A stretch of 64,000 nt of DNA from Antedon mediterranea (taxonomy: Eukaryota; Animalia; Echinodermata), in contig NC_092673.1 in the NCBI RefSeq assembly GCF_964355755.1, positions 4,464,001-4,528,000 on the forward strand, written 5' to 3'. Each line of letters opens with the position of its first letter. Position 1 is the first letter of the stretch. The notes beneath the pieces were generated by a model. It saw only the letters and a program-made list of their open reading frames with translations, was not told the origin of the DNA and did no database searches. This document shows positions 53,144 through 64,000 of the stretch, piece by piece. Position numbers and translations under genes: made by a program.

Positions 53144-53683
53144 AGATGTATTGTCCCTTGAAACACAAAAAAATGAAGGTCAAAATATTCTAAATTTAAA
53201 GTAGCCATATCAAAGTAATATTAAAGTAATTCACTTTAAGTCGAAAATTCGAGCTAAAAACAACAATTTTACGTAATTAACAGCTAAATTAATTTGATTA
53301 CATTTCATCTGGAAAATCGTCGCGAGCGAAAGTAAACAAAGATTTCAAACCATGAGTACGCATTATGCATATGCTAATTATAATTGTTTACACCTAGTCA
53401 CGGTTGAGAAGGTATTTTCACACAGATCATAAGGAAGTTTTATGATTATGCATACAGAGTAGCCAAACAAGCGCGTTTCATTATGGGATATGTTTTGATC
53501 GAAAACTTTGACTGGAAGTCAAAGTTATTTTTTTAACAAAAAAACGTCTGTATTTCAGATAAACGATTTTTTTTTTCGAACAATTTTTTGTGATAGTTAA
53601 TAATTATTATGATACTTCAAAATGAGCCACATTTTTTCGAAATTTTTTATTTTTTTGGAATTAGTCAAAGGGACAATACATCT
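53144..53683 (+). mobile_element. Kolobok-like non-autonomous element, intact 540-bp copy
   Basis: TIR AGATGTATTGTCCCTT / AAGGGACAATACATCT with TTAA on both sides. TTAA plus AG termini fit Kolobok rather than piggyBac (CCC termini). Confidence 0.85.
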
Positions 53684-53894
53684 TTAATATAGGCCTATTA
53701 ATAATTTAAATTAATAAATTTTGTTATTTATTATATAACTTTCTTCATTCAATTCAGCAGTCTAATTGGTGTTACTGTTAGTGTTACACAATTACTATTT
53801 TCATGTATTTATACATGATTATTTGACATTTTAGCCATAAAATAGGCCTTAACTACTGTTATTTATGTCAATTCTTTCGATTTCTTTGCAGACA

Positions 53895-56800
53895 ATGGCT
53901 TGCCAAGCAAAATGCACAACGCACTTACTTCAAAAACTTCGTGCTTTCATGAAGAATAGTAAAATAGTTGGCGAAGCAATTCAAGCATATATTGTTCCTT
54001 CTTGTGATGCACACCAGGTTAGTCTTAAAAATACTTTTAGAAGTTCCCATAAAAGTATGTCCAGGTTGTTTTTTATTTTTATGATATACATAATTGTTTT
54101 GTAGAGTGAATACATTGCAGCATGTGATAACAGAAGGGAATTTATATCTGGGTTCACAGGATCAGCAGGTAAGTTGGCTCAAGGTGGGGTGGGGGTGGGG
54201 GGGGGGGGAGGGGGGAAGAGGGTAGTGGGGAAGTGTTAGAACCTTATTGTCCCTTTGACTAATTCCAAAAAAATATTTAAAAAAAGATTTTGAAAAAAAG
54301 TGGGTCATTTTGATGCATCATAATTGTAACTTTCACCAAAAATTAGTCGAAACAAAAATAATTTAACTGAAATACAGACGTTTTTTTGTTCAAAAAATAA
54401 CTTTGACTTCCAGTCAAAGTTTTCGATCAAAACATATCTCATAATGCAACGCGCTTGTTTGGCTACTCTGTATGCATAATCATAAAACTTCCTCGCGATC
54501 TGTGTGAGAACACCTTTTCAACCGTGACGAGTTGTAAACAATCCTAATTAGCATCATACATAATGCATACTCGTGGTTTGAAATCTTTGTTTACTTTCGC
54601 TCGCGACGATTTTACAGACGAAATGTAATCAAATTAATTTACCGGTTAATTACGTAAACTTGTTGTTTTTGGCTCGAATTTTCGACTTAAAGTGAATAAC
54701 TTTAATGATACTTTGATATGGCCAATTTAAATTTATAGTATTTTGACCTTAATTTTTTGTGTTTTAAGGGACAATACATCTTTAAGCTCTGTCTACACTA
54801 TCAAACTTTATGTGACCAAAAAGTATGATGTGATATGTGGTACTGATATTCCCAAATATGGTAGTGATATGATATCATCTGTTCATATATGGGCACATCA
54901 CATTTTGTTGTCACATAAAGTTTGATAGTGTAGACAGAGCTTAGAACGTAAATGTGGTTATTCATGAATATTTTGTATCCCTGTGTACTTTTATGATATC
55001 CAAAATAGTGTTGTTTGAATCAGTAACTAAACTAAATTTACTCGTCAAATAGGCACAGCTGTGATCACAAGCTCTGAAGCGGCTCTGTGGACAGATGGAC
55101 GATACTTCTTACAAGCTCGGGATCAAATGGATTCAAACTGGACATTGATGAAACAAGGAATAGCCGAAACACCTTCTCAAGAAGAATGGTTACTAAAGGT
55201 TTATAAAGCTCTGTCTACACTATCAAACATGTAACAAAAACATGTGGCGAAATATGGACATGATGATGTCCTATCACTATCATATTTGGGCACACCACAC
55301 TTTTTTTGTCAATTTAGTTTGATAGTATCTATATTTCTTCTCTTCTATTCCTCAAATACATTTAATGTATTATACTCTTTTCATATTGCATAACTTGTTA
55401 CAACTTGTACATAGTAACATGGTTTGATCCCTGAATTATTAAATGTTTTCACACACACAAATGCGAACCATTAGAAATCTCTCACAAAATTGTATTCACA
55501 CTATGCAAACCTGCTTTCAACTTGTTACAAGTTGTTACATTTTGCAGATGTGAAAAGAATGTTATTCAGTAGATGTTGGGAAAATTCCAAGGTGACCAAG
55601 TCCAAAGATAACTATTACAATTTTAAGGGCTAGGACCCTGCTTGCAGTTTACTGTCTATACTATTCTTATTGACTAATTTAGGTTCTTCCTGAAGGATCC
55701 AGAGTTGGTGTTGACCCATTCCTGTTTCCTGCAGGTGATTAAAATCTTTTTTTTTTTGTTAAAAAAAATTAGCCTAATTAAGATTTGTTTTTATTATTTT
55801 TAATTAACTGGTGACTATGAGTCTATAATATGATAATAACACTATATATGGCCATATTATTGCATAATAATCTAAAGGTCTGTCTACACTATCAAAATAG
55901 ATAGTGATTTACCCAAATATGGTAGTGATATGACATCATTATGTCCATATATAGGCATATCACATTTTTTTGTCACATAAAGTGTCATAGTCTAGACAGA
56001 GCTTAATTTTTGAAAAATCCATATTTTGGCATGTTTTGCCTTTGCAATTTCAATGCAATGTTTTAAATCACCGTTGTGCCATGCAATATTGATTCAATTA
56101 TACATGAAATATAACAATTATTATTATCTATGTTTTTATTTAGATTTGTTTAAACAGTTTAGCAACTCACTGGAATCGGAAGGTCACTCCTTAATTGCGG
56201 TGGAAAGAAATTTAATTGATTTGGTTTGGGATGATGAACAACCAGCGATGCCGCAAGATGAAGTATTTATACATGAACTTCAATATGCTGGTATGTTATA
56301 GGTTGTGTTCTGTCTAAAGCCTTGTCTACACTATCAAACTTTATGTAACAAAAAAATGTTATGTGCCCATATATGAGCATGATGATGTCATATCACTACC
56401 ATATTTGTGCATACCACTACTATATTTGAGCACATCACATTTTATTGTCAATCTAGTTTGATAATGTAGACAGAGCTTAAGAAATGTAAATCAATCAAGT
56501 GCTGAACTTAATGTCCTGTATTTATCATTGCAATTTCAAAATTGGTCTTGGATGATTTGACAGGCATGTTATTTCATGCAAATGTCACTAGTTCTATATT
56601 TTGTTTAATGTATTTACATTTTCAGGACAATCTTGGCAAGATAAGATTTTACAAGTCCGGAAAAAAATGGAGACCAAGAATGCTGATTACCTGGTGATAA
56701 CGGCTTTGGATGAGATTGCCTGTTAGTATACTGATTTATTTTATTTTAAAAGAAGGTTTCAATATGTAAAATTGTATTAGAATTCCTGTGTATGTATGGG

Positions 56801-59800
56801 CTTTGTCGTACTAGCTGCTTGGAACAAAGGCCGTGTTTCCGCAGCCAAAAATTAACCACTAAAACTCCCTGCGGAAACGGGTTTAACTGATAATTATTCT
56901 TATTCAAGTTAGATAATTATCGGTTAATTTTTGCCTGCAGAAACATGGCCAAAGTTTAAGGATTTTACAAAAAATGCGTAATTCTACTAAACATTATTTA
57001 GTAGTAGTATTCAAGATTCAATTTATTGTCACATAATATTACATACATGAAATTTGTTTTCCTGAGCTTAGAAACATAGATACAATACAATATAAAAACA
57101 TAACACCTTAACTAATTATCTTGAAAAATGTACATTTATATAGATGACAAGCATATGGAAAAAAATCTCTAAAATGGTTGGTTTTAACTTTGCATTGACA
57201 TAGGGTGTTGTTTTCTTTGCCTTAGGGTTGTTTAACCTGCGTGGATCTGACATAGTCTACAATCCTGTATTCATTGCATATGCCGTTGTTGGACTGGAAA
57301 GCATTAGGTAAGAAATTGCACTGATGCTAGGTACTTCCCTGATGTAGATAATATTAATATTAGTTTCAAATCTGTGCATATTATACAGTTAGTTACCATA
57401 TTTATAAAATATTAATAATATAAAACACCTCAATCAAAGAGATAGTAATTGCATTAAATTTTATTTTGCATAAATAAATTTTGCATAAAGAAAATTTATC
57501 AATGCATTGGATTTTGTGTTGCATAAATTACTAAACACAAAGAAATCCATTTATTGCCTATAATCATTTTTTTTTCTCTTTTGTGGCATTAACCACTATT
57601 TATTCATTTCATCTTCTACAGAACAATACAATAATTTAATAATTCTGTAATAATAACAACAACTATTCCAATCTATTTTTATTCTCTTTTGTTTGTTTTT
57701 TTGCTTATATTTTCTCCAATTTAATAAATGAATGTTATGTTCTTAGAATCGGTACGTTAATATTCTGTTATATTCACCTTTTTTCATAATTTTCTAATAT
57801 TTTTTGTTCTATAATTCTCTAAAAATTGTAAACACTTACCTAACAAATGTACTGTAGAAGATTACATTTACTAATTTTTAATATTTTACAGTAGGGTTGC
57901 TGTATGTTCATGTACCCACATGTATACATAGAAACCAGATATAGTACATACCCGTGTAAATATATACAGCATATATACTATATTATTTTATAAATGCAAA
58001 CTCTTAAAAAAACTAGAAAGCCACTCTGAGAGTGCATACCTCCGCCTACTGTAAAATTCTCCTACATAAGATTTCTCCGGTTAAAAAAAATATATATATA
58101 TTTGTGTGTGTCTTAATGCTGTTTGTGATTTAGGCTAATTTCACTACAAGCATGTGTATGCGAGTTTGGTGTAATGGTTATGTAACAAGCCTTTCAATTA
58201 ACAATGGCTTCAGTTGACTTACAATAGAACAGCAACGCGAAAATCAAACGAGTGAATTTGAAAAGAAAATAGGTTTTTTAAACTACTGGCATCAAAAAAC
58301 GTGAACATTAAATCAAATTATGTTTTAAAATTACAAATCACAAATTATAACTCTTGCCTCTTGTACAAAAATGAAGTTTTTTGGACAAGTAGTTCTCGAG
58401 AAAATGCAATTTCAGTTACTTTAAGACTGCTCGCCGGCTTTTGAAAAATTATGTCCTATCTTTTAACACTAGCAGGTCTGAAAAGTATACTAAAAATTGG
58501 TCCAGAATTGGGACAATGGTCCCAAAATTTAATGGAATGGTCCTTGACCACATATCTATCTGTATTCATTTTGGTAAAGATCTTGTAATTACTTTTTGAG
58601 TAATCCTGCTAACAAACAAACAAACACACGCTACCGATTACATATACCTCCTTGGCGGAGGTAAATTATTAAATATAATATAATGAAATATTGTCCAAAG
58701 CTGTTTTCGATTTGTTTTCCAGTTTGTTCATTGATAGAAAGAAATTGAGTTTATCTGTTGAGAGCCATCTTAAGGACCAATCAGGAGCAGGATATGTCAT
58801 TGATATATACCCATACAATAACATTCTTAACTACTTACAAAGTCTTTACTCAGGTGATAAAAAGAACAGAAAAACATGGGTGCGTATCATATAATTAATA
58901 TACTGTATATCGGTGAAGATGATTGATATACAAAGTATTGTCAACTCTCATAAAGCTCTGTCTACACTATCAAACTTTATGTGACAAAAAAATGTGATGT
59001 GCCCATATATGGACATGATGATGTCATATTACTACTATATTTGGGCATATTATTACACATAAAAATTTTTTTGTCAAACTAGTTTGATAGTGTAGACAGA
59101 GCTTTAGTTGCCTAGAAACTCTTCCAAGATGATTTTCTTAAGCTTCGAAATTGATTTTAAAAAATCTCAATTGTATATCGAAATGTTTTTTTTTCAGATA
59201 AGCAAGAAGTCAAGTCATGCTATTAACAAATGCATTCCACTTGTAAGTTTATATAGCATATTCAAGTTTTATAAAATGTACTTGTATCATATTTTCCATT
59301 TTAGTGACCGTCTTGTTTAAAGGAACCATCGCTCTTAAAGTGATCATCTTCCTAAAAGCTTTTTTTTTTACCTTCTTTAAGTGACCACCACTTTAAGTAA
59401 CTGACCATTGCTCTTTAAGTGACCATTTCCCTATAAGTTATTTATTACCTTCTTTAAGTGACCACCATATTTAAATGATCACTCACCTTTTAGATGATTT
59501 CAATGATCACCTCTAAAAGTGACCATTATCCATTTTGTAAATTTTTATTTCTTAGAGCAAGCAATTCACACAAATTACTCCAATCTGTACTTTAAAAGCT
59601 GTTAAAAATGACGTAGAAATTGAAGGAATGAAGAATTCACATGTAAGTAAATAATAGATTGATTCAATGCCATTATTTTATTCTTAAAGCCGCTCAAAAA
59701 TGATTTTCTTTTCTTTGCATTGCACTATGATAATTTACACTATAATAAAATAAAAATATTCTACTCTCTCTCTCTATATTTTCCAATATTTTTAACATAT

Positions 59801-62800
59801 TTTTTCTACGTACAGATACGAGATGCTGTAGCTTTATGTGAATATTTTTCATGGCTAGAAAAAGAGGTAAACAAATTGTGATTTTTACAAGAAACATTTC
59901 TTTTTTTATGACATTTAATTTTTGTAAAAACTGTAAATTAAGTATAACGATTATCAAAAAAGTAGAATATTTAAGATTACTAGAAAAAGAGGTTTATAAG
60001 CTAAAGTAATTAATTAATTTTTATGTTTATGACAATTTTGTGTTTTGTAAGAACTGTAAATTAGGTATAATGATGAATAATGAATCTTTTAAGTAGAACG
60101 TTTATTAAGATTGTTAAAATACTGACAATTTTCCTAGATTGTAAAAGGAGAACAAACAGAAATCTCTGCGTCAAATCAGTTAGAGAAATTTAGAAGGTAA
60201 GAATTTTATAGCACATTTTACATTAAGTGAACTTAGTTTGTGAGATATTTTCGTTAAAATAAGTTCTTCACTTAAATAAATATCTAATGATTTTCCTCAT
60301 AGTGGTATTTGAATTGTATAGGTAAAGGTTTCTCTTAATGTACAATAATTGGTGTACTAAGTTCCCAGATTAAATTATTTACAGTTTAAAACTTGTTGTC
60401 TCAATTTAATGCTTCCAACATGAACATTATTTTTGTTTATTTCACTCCAAAAAATGTTCTTCATAAATATTTATTTTTGTAGAGAACAAGATTTGTTTGT
60501 TAGCTTAAGTTTTGATACTATATCATCATCGGGACCACATGGTGCAATCATTCACTACAAGGCAACACCTGCGACTGATAGAGCACTCAGTGTGCAAGAG
60601 TTATACCTCTGTGACTCAGGTGCTCAATTCAGGTAAGCCAGGGAGTTCTTAGTATTCCATTATTTTGTTGAAAATATGTATTTGTAGAGCTATTTTCTAA
60701 AGATCAGAGTGCTGGTAAATAGTTTAAGTGCTTACTAAGTACCCTTAAGCAACACATCGATTCAAGGCTCACTCGCTCCTAGCTCTGGTGGTAGAACAAG
60801 TCTTCTCGGATAAAGTGCACTTTAAATACCCCGGTTCATCATTCAAGACAACATGGTAAACTGATACACAAAATAGCTCTTATTATCAATAGGATTACCA
60901 CCTATCTGATAGGACAGTGACCAATTTACTATTGGTAATCCTTGCCTAATGACATAAAATAAATTAAATTTTATTTACTTGACGTTGGCATCATAAGTCC
61001 ATATCTATAATTCAACCAGATTACAACGAATATTAAATAAAGTAGGTAGGATCACAGGATCTAGACATAATTTGGATGACCTTTGCAACAAAATCATAAG
61101 AAATAAGGCTATGAAAATATGCGACGACTCAAACCACCCTTTAAATAAACATTGTGTTAAAATGAGATCAAAAAGACTAAATGTGCTGAGATCGTGCAAT
61201 AGTAGGGTTATGCGATATTTTAATTCTTTTGTTCCGTATTCTATTAGACTGTTAAATGATTTTGCATAATTTTTGAAATTTTTGATGTATTGCAGCTTTT
61301 TATTTTTTATCTAGTTAATTGTAGTCTTATGTTCATACTTGTACATTGTTAAATTATATATAGTGTTTTTAAATATTGTAATTAATTTTTTTTATATGAA
61401 ACGTTTTTATATATTTTTGTACAATTTTGTGAAAAGCACTCAAAATATTTTCCTATGTGGACGAAATAAAGTTATCAAATATCAACTGTATTCTGATGAA
61501 TTTGGTCCAACACATGAACTACCCCTCTCCCCACTATTTCTACATTGTACTAAATCGTACTTTCCTCATAGAGATGGAACCACAGATGTGACTCGAACTA
61601 TGCACTTTGGCACACCAACACAGCACCAGAAGGTAAGCTATAATTAGTTGCATATTCTATAACATTTTTTTTAGTTTTAGTCGATAAGTTAAGAATATAT
61701 GAATTAATTTATAATGACTAGTGGTTAATTTATATTTTTAGGAATGCTTTACACGTGTGGTAAAAGGTGTCATAGGAATATCATCTGCAATTTTTCCAAA
61801 TGGAACAAATGGTAAAACACACAATTGTTTTCCTTATAGAAATTAACATAGTCAACATAAACATCTATAGCATTTACTAAACAATTATATATTTTTTTTC
61901 TAGGCCATCAATTGGATTGCCTTGCTCGTCGTTCTCTATGGAACTGCGGTCTGGATTACCTACACGGCACAGGACACGGCGTTGGATCATTCCTAAATGT
62001 TCATGAAGGGCCTCAAGGAATCAGTTACAAAACCTCTGCTACTGATGTTCCTATAGAGGCTGGCATGTTTTTATCTGATGGTATATATTGTAAATTACAG
62101 TTTTGCAACATCATTATAAACAAAAATATCTATTTGTGTTACACAGTGCCATATTTAGCAATGTCTTAAGAGTATAAATCGCCATACAAATTGTTTATTT
62201 AAGCTAAAGCTCTGTCTACACTTTCAAACTTGATGTGACAAAAAATGTGATGTGTCCATGTATGGACAAGATGATATCATATCACTACCATATTTGGGCA
62301 TATTGCTACCATATTTGGGCACATCACACTTCTTTTTTTACATACAATTTGATAGTGTAGACAGAGCTTTACACAGTGCCATTTTCAGGAGGGAAATGCC
62401 CCAAGGAGTAAAAATCTGTTTATTTAAGCCTACATACCTGAATCCTGAGTCTAAATTGTTAAAGTATTGGTCCCACTATTTTAAAGCTAAAATGTTAGCA
62501 AACCAATGTTGTGTTAATTATTATTGTGAATAAACTTTGTTTGGTTTTCAGAACCTGGTTATTACAAGGATGGTGAATTCGGAATGCGAATTGAAAACAT
62601 TGTATTTACTAAGTCCATACAAAGAGAGGTTTGTTTTTTTAAATACAATAATAAAATACTTCAACACTTTATTAAAACATTCAACAAAAGTATATATAAA
62701 TGCATGATTTTGATAATCTTACATATTTACCTTTTGAACTGTAATCAAATAATATTAAAATATTTATATGTAATCAAATATGTATATCAAAATATTACTA

Positions 62801-63788
62801 CACTTTATTAAAACAGCAACAAAAATATAAAGTATATATAAATGCATGATTTTGATAATCTTACATATTTACTTTTTTATATCTTTACAAATGCCACCTT
62901 TGAATTCTGTAAAGTGTTCATCTTAAATAAATAATAGTTTATCATATATTTTTAGAAAGCTTTATGGATTTGGAATGTAATTTCCAATATAATTTTCACT
63001 GGTTGTTAAAACATTCAAAACATAATTTAATTGTCATATCTTAATTATTCAATTTCAACTTTTTTTTTAATGTGTTAAAAATAACACACTATTGTTTTCA
63101 GCATAACTTTCGTAATAGAGGTTTTCTAACATTTGAAGAAGTAACATTAGTTCCGATACAAACAAAACTGATTGATGCATCTCTGCTGACAGCAGAAGAG
63201 GTAATTTTAGTTTAAATACATTGAATTTGAGCTCTAAATCATGACCCAAGCATAAATGACTTTAAACATGAACTTTATGAGAAAGCATGTAATATTATAC
63301 AGTTATTTCCTGCTTAGAGGTAAAATATAAGATTTTACATCCCCGAGGAAATGATATTTTGCTTGAGGGAATATATAATTCTCGAAAATCTTATATTTTA
63401 CCGATATAGGCAATATCTGTTATATTACATAGCCAACAAGTAGAATATCTACTGGTTTAGGTAGCCTAGCTAGGCCTCCTTTATGTGATAAGCCTGCCTA
63501 GTTAAGCGTTGCGAAACTAAAATTATTTTAATTCCAGAGAGCAGTTGAACGTGCCAATAGCGTCATCCAATAAAACCATTCACAATTGCACATGCTCACA
63601 AAGCTAGCTTACAACAATCTTGTAATAATGTGGGCAACCAAGTTTTTCGAATATTTGTTATTTCCTAGGTTACTTGGTTGAATGATTACCATATGAGGTG
63701 TCGCAATATTGTTGGTGAAGAGCTTGAGAGGCAAGGCAGAACCAACGCGTTGAAATGGTTACACAGGGAAACTAACCCACTGGGGTAA
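53895..63788 (+). CDS. XPNPEP1: Xaa-Pro aminopeptidase 1 (cytosolic aminopeptidase P), ~19 exons
   Basis: Exons translate [11 protein letters not shown]|[49 protein letters not shown]|[27 protein letters not shown] and [16 protein letters not shown], ending ETNPLG* at 63788. These are M24B metal-binding motifs, with GT-AG junctions and no obvious signal peptide. Confidence 0.95.
54245..54781 (-). mobile_element. Kolobok-like element, inverted copy 3
   Basis: Reverse complement of the 53144 copy. A family A MITE is inserted in its flanking TTAA. Confidence 0.82.
56829..56950. mobile_element. 122-bp MITE (Harbinger-like GGCC termini)
   Basis: GGCCGTGTTTCCGCAGCCAAAAATTAACC / GGTTAATTTTTGCCTGCAGAAACATGGCC with AAA flanks. 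Confidence 0.75.
58011..58664 (-). mobile_element. Helentron-associated (HINE/DINE-1-like) rolling-circle non-autonomous element
   Basis: Subterminal inverted repeat TACCTCCGCC/GGCGGAGGTA, terminal hairpin ACCTCCttggcGGAGGT, (CAAA)n microsatellite, hairpin CACTCTGAGAGTG and a CTAG-TT end on the minus strand. Confidence 0.7.
58954..59103. mobile_element. MITE family A copy in an XPNPEP1 intron
   Basis: Perfect 23-bp TIRs with TAA/TTA flanks. Confidence 0.85.
61005..61485 (+). mobile_element. 3' fragment of a CR1-group (Rex1/L2-like) LINE in an XPNPEP1 intron
   Basis: Peptide ...DSNHPL...[15 protein letters not shown] is typical of CR1-group ORF2 C-termini. A T-rich 3' UTR ends in aataaag followed by short repeats. 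Confidence 0.7.
63319..63402. repeat. 18-bp perfect inverted repeat (probable small element)
   Basis: GGTAAAATATAAGATTTT ... AAAATCTTATATTTTACC. Confidence 0.65.
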
Positions 63789-64000
63789 CATTTATAAACT
63801 TCAATGCACAGAATGACCAATTTTACACAGATTCTTACTCACAATATTTTTATGAATTTAAATGAAGCACAATTGTTTATGAATACACAGACAAGGCACT
63901 ACAAGTTGTACCTGAATAATTGCACTTAAATAATTATGAAACACCTGTTACTCCTGTTTATGAGAGAGCGCCGACACTGATTGCATGGATATGACAAGAG

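Noticed and set aside
62686-62875. ~45-bp direct duplication in an XPNPEP1 intron
   Set aside because: An ordinary local AT-rich duplication with no sign of function.

Overview
AT-rich, intron-rich invertebrate animal genomic DNA, not prokaryotic. An NK7 gene is present, which argues against a vertebrate. Four recognisable host genes: the last exon of RRP5/PDCD11 (+, 444-612), a complete three-exon NK7 homeobox gene (-, 22999-7734), a ~25-exon kinesin-5/Eg5 KIF11 (-, 52220-41274) and a ~19-exon Xaa-Pro aminopeptidase XPNPEP1 (+, 53895-63788) head-to-head with KIF11. Non-coding DNA is packed with small non-autonomous elements. These include about 26 copies of one Harbinger-type MITE carrying variable arrays of perfect CArG boxes, a second Harbinger-type MITE that nests inside itself, three Kolobok-like copies around the KIF11/XPNPEP1 promoter, and Sola2-like, Helentron-like, SINE and LINE insertions, several with readable target-site duplications. 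A cryptic spliced unit at ~38-40 kb may be a decayed transposase. No clearly new molecular system can be proven from sequence alone. The best candidates are the CArG-array MITE, the cryptic gene and the NK7-KIF11-XPNPEP1-PDCD11 linkage. Coordinates were read by eye and may be off by a few bases.
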